Shown: piece by piece, positions 20,301 through 31,410 of the stretch
How the letters are laid out: each line of letters starts with the position of its first letter
How positions within the stretch are numbered: position 1 is the stretch's first letter
Origin: a virus
Lineage: Duplodnaviria; Caudoviricetes
Reading direction: 5' to 3' (one strand)
Virus record (IMG/VR): IMGVR_UViG_3300043753_000023
Coordinates: 1-64,000 of that record
Length of the DNA stretch: 64,000 nucleotides
Program-made: the position numbers and the translations under genes
The notes under the pieces: model-generated
What the model was told of the DNA's origin: nothing
Databases searched by the model: none
What the model saw: the letters and a program-made list of their open reading frames with translations, nothing else

Positions 20301-23300
20301 CCGACTTCGCGGCCGTCTTCGGTCAGGGTGACGACGCGGGCGGTGCCCGAGCCATAGAGGCCGCTCCCCCAGGGCGTGACGCCGAGGACCCGGATGCGGG
20401 TGGTTCTGCCCGGCGTGCAGGAGCGGTAGGTCTGGTTGCGCTCGATCATCGTCAGCCCTTCGCTCGTTCGGTCCATGTGGCCTTCACGCCGAGTACCGAC
20501 CACCAGTCGGCGAGCTGCTGGTTGGTGACGGTGCAGGTGTTGAGTTCCCAGCTGATGTGGCCCTGCGGCCGGATCTGCTGGAGCACGTCCTTGAGGGTGG
20601 CTTCGAGTTCTTGGACGCGTTCGGCGTCGGTGGCCATGGCTGCTCCTTGTCAGAGGGGTCGTCCGCCGCAGTCTTGGTAGCCATTGGGGCCGTGGTGCGG
20701 CATGTAGCAGCCGGCATGCGGGTCGTCGCTGTCATAGGAGGCGACGACCCATGCGGTGCCGCTCCAGAAGTACCAGCGGCCGTCATCGGGCGGCATGGAG
20801 CCGTCGTAGCTGGTCACTGCTCGTCCTCCGGGTCTTCCCAGCCCTCAGCGCCGCAGCGTCGGCAGGACCACTGGCGGCCGTCGGGGCCCTCGTAGTCGAT
20901 GACCTCGTCGTGGTCGTAGGTGTCGCCGCAGATCTCTTCGGTGGTGTCCATCAGTCCTCCGGGTAGGCGTGCTCGTACAGGGCCCAGTGGCCGTAGTCGG
21001 GTTCCCACTGCTCGACGTGGATGGCAATGACCCTGGTTGTGTCAGCCTTGGCCTGCTCACGTTCGGCGTTGACCTTGCGGTATGCCTCGGGCTGCGAGCG
21101 GTGTTCGGTGCGGACCTTGCCGCCGTTGTCGCAGGTGAGGACGACGGCCCAGGGCTTCGACTTGCGTGCCATGCTTCAGCCTCCGAGGTTGATCAGCATG
21201 GACGGGAAGGGGCCGCCGGCCTTCAGCGGGTCGATGTAGTCAGCCGCCTCCCCTGCGGTCAGCGGTCCGCGGGTCGGGTCGAGGGAGCGCACGGCGATCG
21301 CGCACCGGATGTCCCTCGCAGCCTCGCTTACTGCCCGCCCGCCGATGGCCTGCTGGTGGCGGAGGAGGACGTCCTCGGCGAAGTGCTGGCGGAGGAACGC
21401 GTCGATCCCGGCGGGGGCGGCGTCGAAGCGGGATGGGGCGGTAGTCACGGCTGGATCTCCTTTGCGGGCGCTTCGAGTTCGGGGATGTACGAGCTGCTGG
21501 GCCCGACATAGTGGACGCAGGGACACTCGACCTGCTCCCACTTGATCGGCACGTCGCCGCCGACGTAGGCGAGGATCTGCCCGTTCACGATGTGGTGGCA
21601 GCCGGCGGCGTCGTGGAACGCGGAGCCGTGCTTGCACTGGCAGATCTCGGCGAGACTGCGACGCTGACGGCGCCCGGTCACGAAGCCGGCGGTGTAGGTG
21701 ACGGCGGCGATCACCGCACCCGCGAACAGCTCAACCATCGGCCTAGCCCTAACCCTTCGTCGGGTAGGTGCCCCACCCGACTCGCGTGGCCTCAGCCGTG
21801 AGCAACTCCCGCCAGCCGTCCGGCGCCGGGCTGTCGGCCCATTCGCCGTCGCCGCGGATCAGCAGCATCGGCTGAATGCCCGGCGAGCCGAAGCGGATGC
21901 CGAGGCTCTCCCCGTCGGCAAGCAGCGTGTCGATGACGGCCGACAGGGCTGCCCGCTTGCTTCCGTCAGCGATGACGTACCGGGTTCGGAGGGTGCCTTC
22001 GGTGGCTACGCGTCCGGCGTCAGGGTCGTCATCCCCGGTCCAGCCGTCGTCGTAGTAGTCGACTTGGCCGGACCAGCCGGGGGCCTCGTTGCCATGGCTG
22101 TCGCGGGCGCCGTCGGGGTTCCAGGTGAGGGTGATGCCGATGGCCCAGTAGTCGGTGGATCGGTTCAGGATCATGGTGCTGCTCCTTGTCGGGTGGCCCG
22201 GCCGGTGGCGTGCCGGCCAGGCGCGGGGGTCAGCGGGGCGGTTCGGGTTCCGTGTTCGGATCGGCGAGGCTGCCAGGCTGGGGGCCGTCGGTGCGGCAGT
22301 GCCCGCACCAGATGCGGCCCCACTGAGGGGACCGGCCGCACGTGCAGTCCGGGTCGCGGGGCGGGGTGCTCACTGCTGCCTCCACAGTTCCCGCAGCGGG
22401 TTGGGCTGCACGGGGATGGTTGCATGGGATGCCCACCATCTCGGCGAGCTGCCGCCGTCTTCGGCGTCGACGAGGTACTCGTAGGAGCCGTCCGGCCACG
22501 GGCCCTTCACCTCACGGATGTTGGCGGTGCCGTCACGGTAGGCGGCGGGCCACTGGTGTCCGTAGTGCCGGACGCGGGTGCCGATCGCAAGCGGGATGGT
22601 GTCGGCCATGGCGCTGCTCCTCAGGCGTTGCGGGTGGTGTCGTCGAGCCGCTGGGCCTCGTAGGCGGCGATGATGGCGGGCAGGGCGATCGCGAACGCGT
22701 TCGTGTCCCAGTAGCCGAAGAAGTAGCCGCCCCGGGAGGCGCAGCTGGCTGGCCACTGGTCGCAGCTGCAGAGGTCTTCGTGGTAGTGGTCGTTGAGGGC
22801 CTTGTTGCCAGCCTCGATGAGCTGGTCGAGGAGTTCGTCGTTCACGTGGCTGCTTCCGTTCATGCGGCGTGGCGGATGATGGTTGGGCCGGCTTCGATGC
22901 TGGCACGGCGTTCCAGTTCCTGCTGCCAGCCTTCGTCGCTGGCACGCTTGACCTTCTCGCGTTCGATGGCGGCGTCGAGTGCGGCCTGGGCTGCCGCGTC
23001 GCGCTTATGGAGCATCTCCGTGCCGATAGCTGCGAGTCGGTCGGCCTGCTCAGCTGCGACGCCCATGACGTCGGCGCTGGTGCAGATACGGGCCCACGCC
23101 TGGCCGAGGCTGTCCACCTCCTTGTAAAGGGCGGTCGCGGTCTTGTTGGCGGCGTTCAGCTGTGTACGGCAGTTGAGCGCGACATGCTGCTCGTCGCCGT
23201 CTTCGGCGGTACGGACGACCCGGTTGATCTCGCGCCGGGTCACCTTGACGATCTCGGCAACCAGCCGGCGGGCCTCGATCATTTGGTCGCTGGTAAGCCA

Positions 23301-24409
23301 GTCCAGGGGGAAGCGGCTGACACGCTGGCTGGTGTAGCAAGTGGTGCGGACATACTGCTCGGCTTTGGCGGCCCACTCGTCGCGGGTGGGCCAGCTGCGC
23401 TGCGCCATGTGCTACTCCTCAGGCCTTGGTCAGGTAGATCGGCTCGCCCCTGACGGCGACGCCAATCGTTCGACCGTCGGTGCTGCCGATCCAGTGGGTG
23501 ACCAGCGTGATCGGTACCTGCTGCTCGGCGAGCCGGAGGCGCGCCCAGATCGGCAGGTCGTCAGGGTGGTTCGGGGTGAGGCTGGTCGTGGTCACGTGCT
23601 GCTCCTTGGGCTAGTTGGCGTCGAGGATCGCTTCGAGGCGGTCGGCGTAGATGGCGGACACGCCGTGCGGGGAGCAGTAGTCGCGCATCTCGTCGGCGAA
23701 CTTGCGGACAGCATCGAGCTTGGCTTCGGCGGCGCGGCGGCGGTCGGCTTCGGCGATCAGGGCCTGAACGAGGCGGTCGCCATCGGCGTCGGCGTTCATG
23801 AGTGCTGCTCCTCGGGGTTGTTGGGGTGGCCCCCGGGCAGCGGCCGCCGAGTCAGTTGGCGACAGGCTCGATCTGGTCCGGGCTCATCCACGCGGACAGC
23901 TGGTCGACGGAGTCGTCGAGCATGACGCCGTATCCGGTGATGGTGGTCGGGTCGTTGTGCGCGTAGTGGACGCAGTTGATCCTGCCGAGCGCGCCGGCAG
24001 GGATGTCGGGCTGCTCGGGTGCCCAGTCGGCGGAGTCGAGGTTGATGAGGGTGCGGACGCGCTGTCCGAGGTCGAGGGTCACGAGAGGCTCCGTTCGGGA
24101 AAGGCCGGGCGGCGGGTGGTCAGACGAGCTGTTCGGGGGCGACACCGAAGAAGCGGTGCGGGAGGTCCTCGCCGGACTCGAACCAGGCGTCGATCGCGTT
24201 CACGTCGCGCTGCTCAAGTTCGTCCATCAGCCAGCCGCGGACCATGGGGACGGAGGGGTCGGTGACGGGCATGCCCTCGGTCATGGCGAAGTCGTAGCAG
24301 AGCTGCTCGGTGGAGCGGGCAGCGATCTGCTTGCGGATGTTGGCCTCGGCGTTCGCGGCGCTCTGCTGGGCGGTCATTGGGTCCTCCGGTCCAGGCTGCT
24401 CAGCGGCAA

Positions 24410-24492
24410 TTTCTGTCATACACATAATGCGCCGCAGCCTGCCCCCTGTCAAGCGAATGCGCAGAGAGCTACCCTTTGCTGTATGACAGAAA
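24410..24492. promoter_or_regulatory. Divergent promoters with a 13-bp inverted operator pair
   Basis: Leftward TTGACA(24452-24447)-17-CATTAT(24429-24424); TTTCTGTCATACA (24410-24422) is the exact reverse complement of TGTATGACAGAAA (24480-24492). Confidence 0.75.
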
Positions 24493-24701
24493 CGGCAGAG
24501 AAGCCCCGGCGCGGCCGGCCCGCCACAGGAAAGAGCCCGATGCAGAGCTTTCGACTCCCCCAGCCGCTCAAGGACGCACTCGATGCCAAAGCCAAGGCCG
24601 AGGAACGCCCCGTCAGCGAAGTCCTGGTCTCACTTGTACGCCGCTACGTGAGCACCCCACCCAGGCCACCGAAGCCCCCCGCCAAGCCCGCCGACCCGTG
24701 A
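24483..24701 (+). CDS. Ribbon-helix-helix (CopG/Arc-like) repressor, probably leaderless
   Basis: RGRPATG..PMQSFRLPQPLKDALDAKAKAEERPVSEVLVSLVRRY; TACCCT -10 (24470-24475) lies 7 nt before ATG with no RBS. Confidence 0.75.
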   Translation: MTETAEKPRRGRPATGKSPMQSFRLPQPLKDALDAKAKAEERPVSEVLVSLVRRYVSTPPRPPKPPAKPADP

Positions 24702-24750
24702 TGTCACCCCTCCCTGCCACACTTCGCCCACCCGACACCGAGGAGCCCGA

Positions 24751-25101
24751 ATGCCCATCCCGATCTTCATCGTTCGATGTGACTACTGCGGGGAGCCCTG
24801 CAAGCGGCAGACCGACGAGCACGGCAACGTGACCTACGTCTGCACCGTCGGCCATGAGCAGGCCGCCGACCTCCCCGCCCCGGCCGGCGAACCCGCGTGG
24901 GGGCCCGGCGATATCGTCCTCGACGCCAAGGGCCGGATCCGGGTGCGCTCACGCAATCCGCTCTGGCCCTGGGGATACCCGGATGAAGGCGAGCGCGGCC
25001 AGGTCCCGTCAGGCTCACTGGCCGACACCGAAGTCGAGCGGCCGTTGGTGCTACTGGTTCGGGATGGTCGGGCGGTCACGAACGTGGTCACCCAGTCGTA
25101 G
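24751..25101 (+). CDS. Hypothetical protein with an N-terminal CxxC motif
   Basis: GAGGAG RBS; CDYC...C.VGH. Confidence 0.6.
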   Translation: MPIPIFIVRCDYCGEPCKRQTDEHGNVTYVCTVGHEQAADLPAPAGEPAWGPGDIVLDAKGRIRVRSRNPLWPWGYPDEGERGQVPSGSLADTEVERPLVLLVRDGRAVTNVVTQS

Positions 25102-25114
25102 TGCGGCACGACAA

Positions 25115-25136
25115 AGCCCCCGCCTCGGCGGGGGCT
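25115..25136. terminator. Hairpin between convergent genes
   Basis: AGCCCCCGCC-TC-GGCGGGGGCT. Confidence 0.7.
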
Positions 25137-25154
25137 GTCTGCTTTCCGCGCTGG

Positions 25155-25433
25155 CTACTCTCCCGGCGGCTCGGCCAGCTTCACTGTGCGCTCACTCCAC
25201 CGGATCCACCCGTGCTCGACCTCGTTGAGGCCCCACGCGCAATGCACGGCCCAGCCACTGTCCCGGGTCTGCCGCCGGGCGGTGATGAGGACGGACTGCC
25301 ACTGGGCGTGCATGCGGACCCAGCCGATCTGCCAGGTGGTTTCCTGCGATTCGGGCAGGGTTTCGGACGGGTCTACCGGGCGCGCATCGGACCAGCCGGG
25401 CCAGCCGGCGGGTAGGTCACGGTCGCGGCTCAA
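25155..25433 (-). CDS. Hypothetical protein
   Basis: TTG start overlapping the upstream TGA; Trp-rich. Confidence 0.55.
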   Translation of the reverse strand: MSRDRDLPAGWPGWSDARPVDPSETLPESQETTWQIGWVRMHAQWQSVLITARRQTRDSGWAVHCAWGLNEVEHGWIRWSERTVKLAEPPGE

Positions 25434-25673
25434 GTGCGACAGGCCTCAACACCAAGACGGCGCCCCGCACTGTCTTCGACCATGGCCTGCCACCGTCGAC
25501 CCGGGCATTCGCCGCGGTGCGCGTCGGCGTAGATGTCGGCCTGCGTGCAGGCGACTTGGAAGATGTCGCGCCGCTCCGGAATGGTCGTGTCCTGCTCGAT
25601 GGTCCCGCTGGCGTCAGGCCCGTCCGCGTCGTGCCAGGTGTGGCCCTGGTCGTCGTTGTACTGGATGCGCCAT
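25430..25673 (-). pseudogene. Frameshifted small gene (or sequencing error)
   Basis: Well-coded frame RIQYNDDQGHTWHD...EACRT* (25669-25430) sits one base out of register with ATG at 25673. Confidence 0.45.
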
Positions 25674-25743
25674 GGCGGTCACGGTAGCCGTCCCGACCGG
25701 GGGCCGGTGCACGCGTCACCCGTGGGGGTGACGACAGGCGCCG

Positions 25744-27257
25744 TTAGCTCTCGTCGAGGAGTTCGCGCGGGTCGTGGCCGAGGTCGGCACCGTCGGCCGA
25801 CAGGCCTGCTGCGATGGCCGCTGTGACAGCGTCGGCGAGGCGCTGCTCGGCTGCTTCGCGGATGTCGTACAGGTCCTTGCGGACCGCGCGCTCCACGTCG
25901 CCGGGGCGGGCCTGGGTGAGGAGGCCCAAGAGGAGCCGATGGTCCCCGCAGGCGAGGGCTGCCTCGATGGGGCGCAGGTGGACGCGGGTCCGCTCGAGGT
26001 CCTCATAGGCGGCGCGTTCACCGCCGGGAAGGCTCGCCACCCATGTGGGCCGGTCAGCCGGGTGGGGCGGGATTGGAGGCAGCCAGTACAGCCACTGGCC
26101 GATCGCATTCGCATTGACACTGATCCACTCTTCGGCGTGCTGCTCGATGACGCCGATCTCATCGGGGGTCAGCCGGCGGGCCGGATTGCCAGCGGAAAGC
26201 AGGTCGTCGGGGTGGCGGTTGCCGTGCTGGGCCATGGGTTCTCCGTGGGTCTTGGGGTTGGTGATTCTGCTGCCTGGCGCTGGTCTTGGCTAGCGTCCCG
26301 CCCCGGAAGGTGTGAGCCTGCCACGGAGCGCCACCGTGCACCCCTAGGCGGCCTCACGGGCTCGGATCGCCCCCTGGGTCCAGCCGAGCCCTGAAAGGCC
26401 GCCAGAGCCCCATCGCGAGCCTTCCCGACGGGCCGTCAGTCGCCCAGCGCCCGCCGCGCCCGCTCTTCCCAGTCCTGTGCCCGCAAATCCAAAGCTGACA
26501 GCGTGTGCGTGAACCGGAAGTCGTCCCAATCGTCCGGCTTGATCTCCAAACCCTGCCCGGACGCCCGCAGCGCCTCCATGCCGAGGTGCCAGTGCTGCGC
26601 CGTGTTGAGGTCGCCCCACGTGCCCCAGTCGTAGTCGCCCTCGTCGTTACGATCCCAGCCGGCCGCCTCCGGGCTGGGGAAGCTGCCGGCCACCGAGTAC
26701 GACATGACGACCGGTTCGTCATCCCGCGACCGCAGGAACGTGATGACGTCACCCCAGCCCATCCCCTCCCACTTTCGCTCGCCGCCCAACGCCGGCTCGA
26801 ACCACAGGCCGTTGCGGTACACGCCGCTGTCCAACCCGGCCTGCATGATGCCAGCGACCCAGGCGCGGTTCGGCCCGTCGACCCAGGCGTGAATCTCACC
26901 CTGGCCAACGATTCGGGCCGCGAGCTTGACCGCGTCGTTGCCGAGTACCGCCGCGGTGTTGAGTGCCAGCGAGAAGGTCGACAGCGGCCGGCCGCGCCAC
27001 TGGATCAAAGGGGTGCGGTCATCGTCGCCAGCAACGCGGAACGCGGTCTCGTAGTAGGCCGTCCAGCGGGGGCTTCCGGCTTCCTCGGCGCCGAGTTTGC
27101 CCGCGGGCAGCAAGGCGCGGAGCCGCTTCGCGGTGTCGTGGTCGTTCACCTTGAGGACGCCGAGCGCAAGGTCGTAGACCAGGCCGCGTAGGTGGGCCTG
27201 CTCGCCGCCCAGGAGCTCGACCTCGCCGGACGGGGAGTGGAAGTAGACGCGGGACAT
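25744..27257 (-). other. Two hypothetical CDSs
   Basis: 25744-26235 and 26436-27257 (MSRVYFHSPSG...); intergenic hairpin at about 26358-26390. Confidence 0.65.
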
Positions 27258-27283
27258 TCTGCTCCTTGGGGGTCGGTGGCAGG

Positions 27284-27814
27284 CTAACGGGCGTTCAGGC
27301 CGAGCAGGAACTCGTGGATCCGCCGGTTGTGCTTCGCGTCCGCGAGTGCGTGATGCTCCCCGCCGCCCTGTTCCGGGAGTTGCGGGTTACCGGCCTGCCA
27401 GCGCAGCGACTCCAGCTCGTGGAACCACGTCGGGATGCCCTCCGGCATGCGGGACCAGTCGTTGTCCCACAGCGAATGCAGCCGGCCGATGTCCTGCCCG
27501 CCGTACCAGCAGTACAGGTGCGCCAGGGCATGGTCTCCGAAGTAGCGGGTCACGTCGGCACAGATCTGCGCGATGGGCTTGACGTCAGGGTGCGCGTAGT
27601 CGAGACAGGCGCCAGCGCCGACCGTTGGCAGGGCGGACCACACATGCTGCCTCAACCAGGGCACGCCCTGGACTACTGCCTGGTTGCAGTTGGCGTTTAC
27701 GGCGTAGTAGTCGCGGCCCTGATCGTCGGTCAGGCCGATGGAGATGAGCCCGCCCAGGGTTGGGACGGCTGGCACGAACTCGGTGTCCAGGTAAACGCGG
27801 CGGGGCTGGGTCAC
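27284..27814 (-). CDS. DEDD 3'-5' exoribonuclease (Rv2179c-like)
   Basis: VYLDTEF...LISIGL...YYAV...WYGGQD...HHALADA. Confidence 0.85.
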   Translation of the reverse strand: MTQPRRVYLDTEFVPAVPTLGGLISIGLTDDQGRDYYAVNANCNQAVVQGVPWLRQHVWSALPTVGAGACLDYAHPDVKPIAQICADVTRYFGDHALAHLYCWYGGQDIGRLHSLWDNDWSRMPEGIPTWFHELESLRWQAGNPQLPEQGGGEHHALADAKHNRRIHEFLLGLNAR

Positions 27815-30800
27815 GGGTGCTCCTCCTTCGAGGGCTGGTAGGGCTGGGCGAGGAGCGTGAGGACGGTGCGGACCCGCTCGTCCCGGCCGCAGGTGCACAT
27901 GCCGGGCCTGACTGGTCTCATCCAGTGGCACAACGAGTCGTGCCCCCAGTTGAGCACCTCGTCGAGCAGGGCCCGCTTCGACGCCACCTCCGCCAGGACA
28001 CGGGCCGGCCTGCCGCAGTCACACGGCGCGTCACCGCACGGGTCGCCGTACAGCACCTTCTCGCACAGCTTCTCGTGGATGGTGGGCGCCACCTCAACAT
28101 CTGCATCGCAGCCGGCGCGCACCAGGTCGGCGAGCTCGGGGATGGTCAGGGCGGTCACAGTCCCTCGATCCTGACCAACTCGGCCTTGTAGTCGCGGACC
28201 GCCAACTCGAGCCTGGCCTTGGCGTCTTCGGGGACGTGGATGGCGATCTCCGTGACGCGGCTGGCGAGGACCTGCGCGGCGACCTGCTCGGCGGCCCGGT
28301 CAGCTTTGTGGATCGTGCACATCTCGGCGAACTCGCCGAACCTGGCATCAAGCGCTTTGTGCTGATCGCGGAGGTCAGCGAGCTCACGCGCAATCCGGTT
28401 CCGCTCGGCGATCAGGCTGTGCTTCTCGTACTCGGTCATCAGAGTCTCCTCAGGCGTAGCCGTAGATGCTGGGTGGCGGGTCGTTGTCGCCGCGGGCCTG
28501 GGCGACAGCGGCGCGGACGGCGGCGATCCCGCCGGATGGGAGGTAGTTCTCCGGCGGGTGGGGGCCAGCGCACGGCTCGTCTGGGCAGCGGCAGCCACCA
28601 CAGGCGTCGCAGGGGTCGGTGCCGCAGCCGAGGCAGACGTAGCGGTGGTCGGTCACGACACACCGCCATTCGGCTTGCCATCCGCCTCGGCTTGGTGGCG
28701 CCAATCGATGACGGCGTTCAACTCGGCGACACACAGAGCGCAGTTGGGCAGTACCAGCTCGTCGTGTCCGTGGGCGTAGTCGGAGCTGACTTGCGCGGCA
28801 GCACGCTCGAAGGAGCCGATCACAGCGCTCCGCCGAGCAGCTCGCCGTCCACCGCCGCGCTCTCCTCCGCTTCGGTGACGGTGAACGGCCCGAGCGGGTC
28901 GATGGCGTGCCGGTGCCCTTCGGCATCCTCGACGATCAGCGTCAGGTGCTCGCCGTTGGCGATCGATCCGCCGACAACAGTCCCGGTGAACGTGACCGTC
29001 ACACGGGTGCCGCGGCGGCCGAACCGGGCCCGCGCCTCGTCGAGCGGGCCGGCGGGTCGCAGCGGCCGCCGCGTGGACGGCAGTACGGTCACGACGGTGC
29101 GGTGCGGACGCAACGCCGCAACCGGTTCCGGGCAGCGGCACTGCTTCTTCGACTCGGGCACCGTGCGGTACGGCTTGCGGCAGCGCCCGCAGCTCCACTC
29201 CAGCGTGACCGCGGTCGTCTCAGTCGCGTTCACCATAGGTCAGCCCTCCACAACGGTCGGAGCGGCAGGGTGGCCGTAGCGGCGGCAGCCGCACACGGTC
29301 GTGCTTGTTGTGCGCAGCGTGCAGATCCCGCCGTGATCCAGGTGGTCGCCGCGCCGGTGCGAGCACTTGTCGCAAGCGTCGTTGGAGAGCGCTGCGACAC
29401 GGATCCTGCTGACGATCACGTGACGCAGGGCCTCACCCCCGAGGCCGTCAGTGGCATCGGCAGCCATGGCAGCGGCATCGAACAGGGCTGTCCGGCGGAC
29501 AGAGGCCAGCTCGGCACGCAGCTTGTCAAGCTCGGGGTGGATGACGGCGAGGACGGCGTTCACGGTCTCGGCGGGCGCCCTCTCGGGGAACACCGGGTCG
29601 AGCGTGGCGAACTGCAGGCCGCGACGGACTGCGGCAACGATCCGGTCGGCAAGCTCGCCGTCGGTGAGCGGCAGGTTCTGGGTGTCGGTCATGATGCCTC
29701 CTTGTGCAGCGGCACGGCCCGGTCCATCCGCCTGCGGTGCTCCGGCAGCCGCTCATCGAATGCGCCGATCACGCACCCTTTGCCACCGATCAGCGAACGG
29801 AGCAGCGACAACTGCGCCAACTTCAGGCCGGTCGCCTGGTCATGCGAGCCCCCCGCGGCCGCCTGCTTTTCGAAGTTGGCAAGCCGGTCGAGGGCGTGCT
29901 GCACCTTGGTGCGAGCCCAGGCGAGGACCTCGGGGTCACGGTCGAAACGGTCATTCATGGCTTCTCCTCAGCCCCGGTAGGCGGTCAGCAGCCACGCCGG
30001 CTGCTCCTGCAGCGGCGTCAGCCCGAGGACAGCGAGCGCGTTGCGAAGTCGCTCGTCCGCCTGGCCGCCGGTCTCTGCAACGAGCATGGCCGGCTCGATC
30101 GGCTCAGCCTCGCCGAGGTAGGCCGCGAACTGCGTGGTGACGAGCATCAGGTCGCCGGCCTCGTAACCAGTCCGGTCCAACCGGACGCCCAACTGGCTCT
30201 TGGCCGCCCTCCGTCGGTCGAAGTACCCCTCGACGGTGTAGTCGGTCTCCGTGAAGCCGACGGAAGCGAGCAGTCGCCGCTCGGCGGCATCGTCGAATTC
30301 GCCTTCGGCCTCGTCATACCAGTCAAGGTTCAGCCCCCACTCGTCGCTGTCCTCGGGATGGACTTCGCGAACGAGCCAGCGCCCGTCGTCGCCTTGGAGC
30401 CGGTAGCCGTAGGACAGCTCGGCTTTGATGGTGATGCCCATAACGGGTTCCTTTCGCGGTGGTTTGTGATCCATTGTCCCCTATTTCGGGGCGCACGGAT
30501 ACCGCCGTGCACGGGGTAAATCCGCTGGTGGCAGCGGCAGTTGAACGCGGCAGGACCGTCAGGCGAGATGGGTGGCCGGCCATGTGGTGGCGCACCTGGT
30601 GCACTCATGGCGTGGCGGGCAGGAAGTCCGGCCACGCCGGCCAGTGAAGGTCCGCAAGTCCGCCGTGGCCGACAGGCGCTGGCAGGCGGGGCAGCGGCTC
30701 GGCTGCGCGGGGAACTCGGCGACCAGGCAGCGGGGCCTGACGTACGTGATCGGACAGGCGCCGGACGTAGTCGGGTCGGCGTTCTCGACGTCCCAGCCGT

Positions 30801-31409
30801 CGGCGTCCCGGACGAACCTGCCCCAGGCCCGCTCGATGTAGCACTCGGGGGCGTCCAGCGGGCCGCGGAGACGACCCCAGGTCCACCGGGTGTAGCGGGC
30901 GACCGCGGCGGCGGTGACACGGTCAAGGTGGTGGCCGAGCAGGAGGAGGCAGTCCTCATCGTCGCTGCTGAAGTCGGCAACCTGAACGCCGAAGATCAGG
31001 TCGAAGTCGGCCGCGGCGAACGCCGGCGGGGCGATGTCGGTGACGGTGGTCATATTGGTGCTCCTCTCACGGGATTGGGGGGGCGTGCCGCGCAGGGACA
31101 GGCGCGCGGCACACCCGCAGGGTCCACCCGGGTAGGCCTGAACAAGGTCCTCGCTATTCAGGCAACAGCGGCCAAGCCTGAATAAGGCGGCCAGCCTTCG
31201 CCCGGCCGATACGGGATCGGACTGCCGGGCCGGCCGCAGCCTTCGGGCCACGAGCCAGCCAACTTCCCGGTCGGGCTCGACCCCTGCAGCGCAACACCCT
31301 GGAGCTCATCCTTCCCCGCTGACCGCTGGCAGCGGCTGCGCAAGAACTCGCGGAGGTCGCCCTCCCTGCGAATCTGGCCGACGTCGTCGATGTCGAAGTC
31401 GCCGGACAC
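27811..31409 (-). other. Run of small hypothetical CDSs
   Basis: 27811-28158, 28155-28439, 28450-28656, 28653-28823, 28820-29236, 29240-29692, 29689-29958, 29968-30441, 30559-31053, 31158-31409. Confidence 0.6.
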
Positions 31410-31410
31410 G

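Larger units (their letters stand above)
15877..24377 (-). other. Array of about 30 translationally coupled mini-genes
   Basis: Examples: 15877-16101, 16098-16310, 17419-17697, 17694-17894, 17891-18178, 18175-18537, 18534-18752, 18749-18856, 18853-19218, 19218-19478, 19475-19639, 19636-19941, 19938-20210, 20207-20449, 20452-20637, 20650-20817, 20814-20951, 20951-21172, 21176-21448, 21445-21738, 21749-22174, 22230-22373, 22370-22609, 22621-22863, 22860-23408, 23419-23595, 23611-23799, 23852-24082, 24120-24377; mostly GTGA/ATGA overlaps. Confidence 0.7.
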
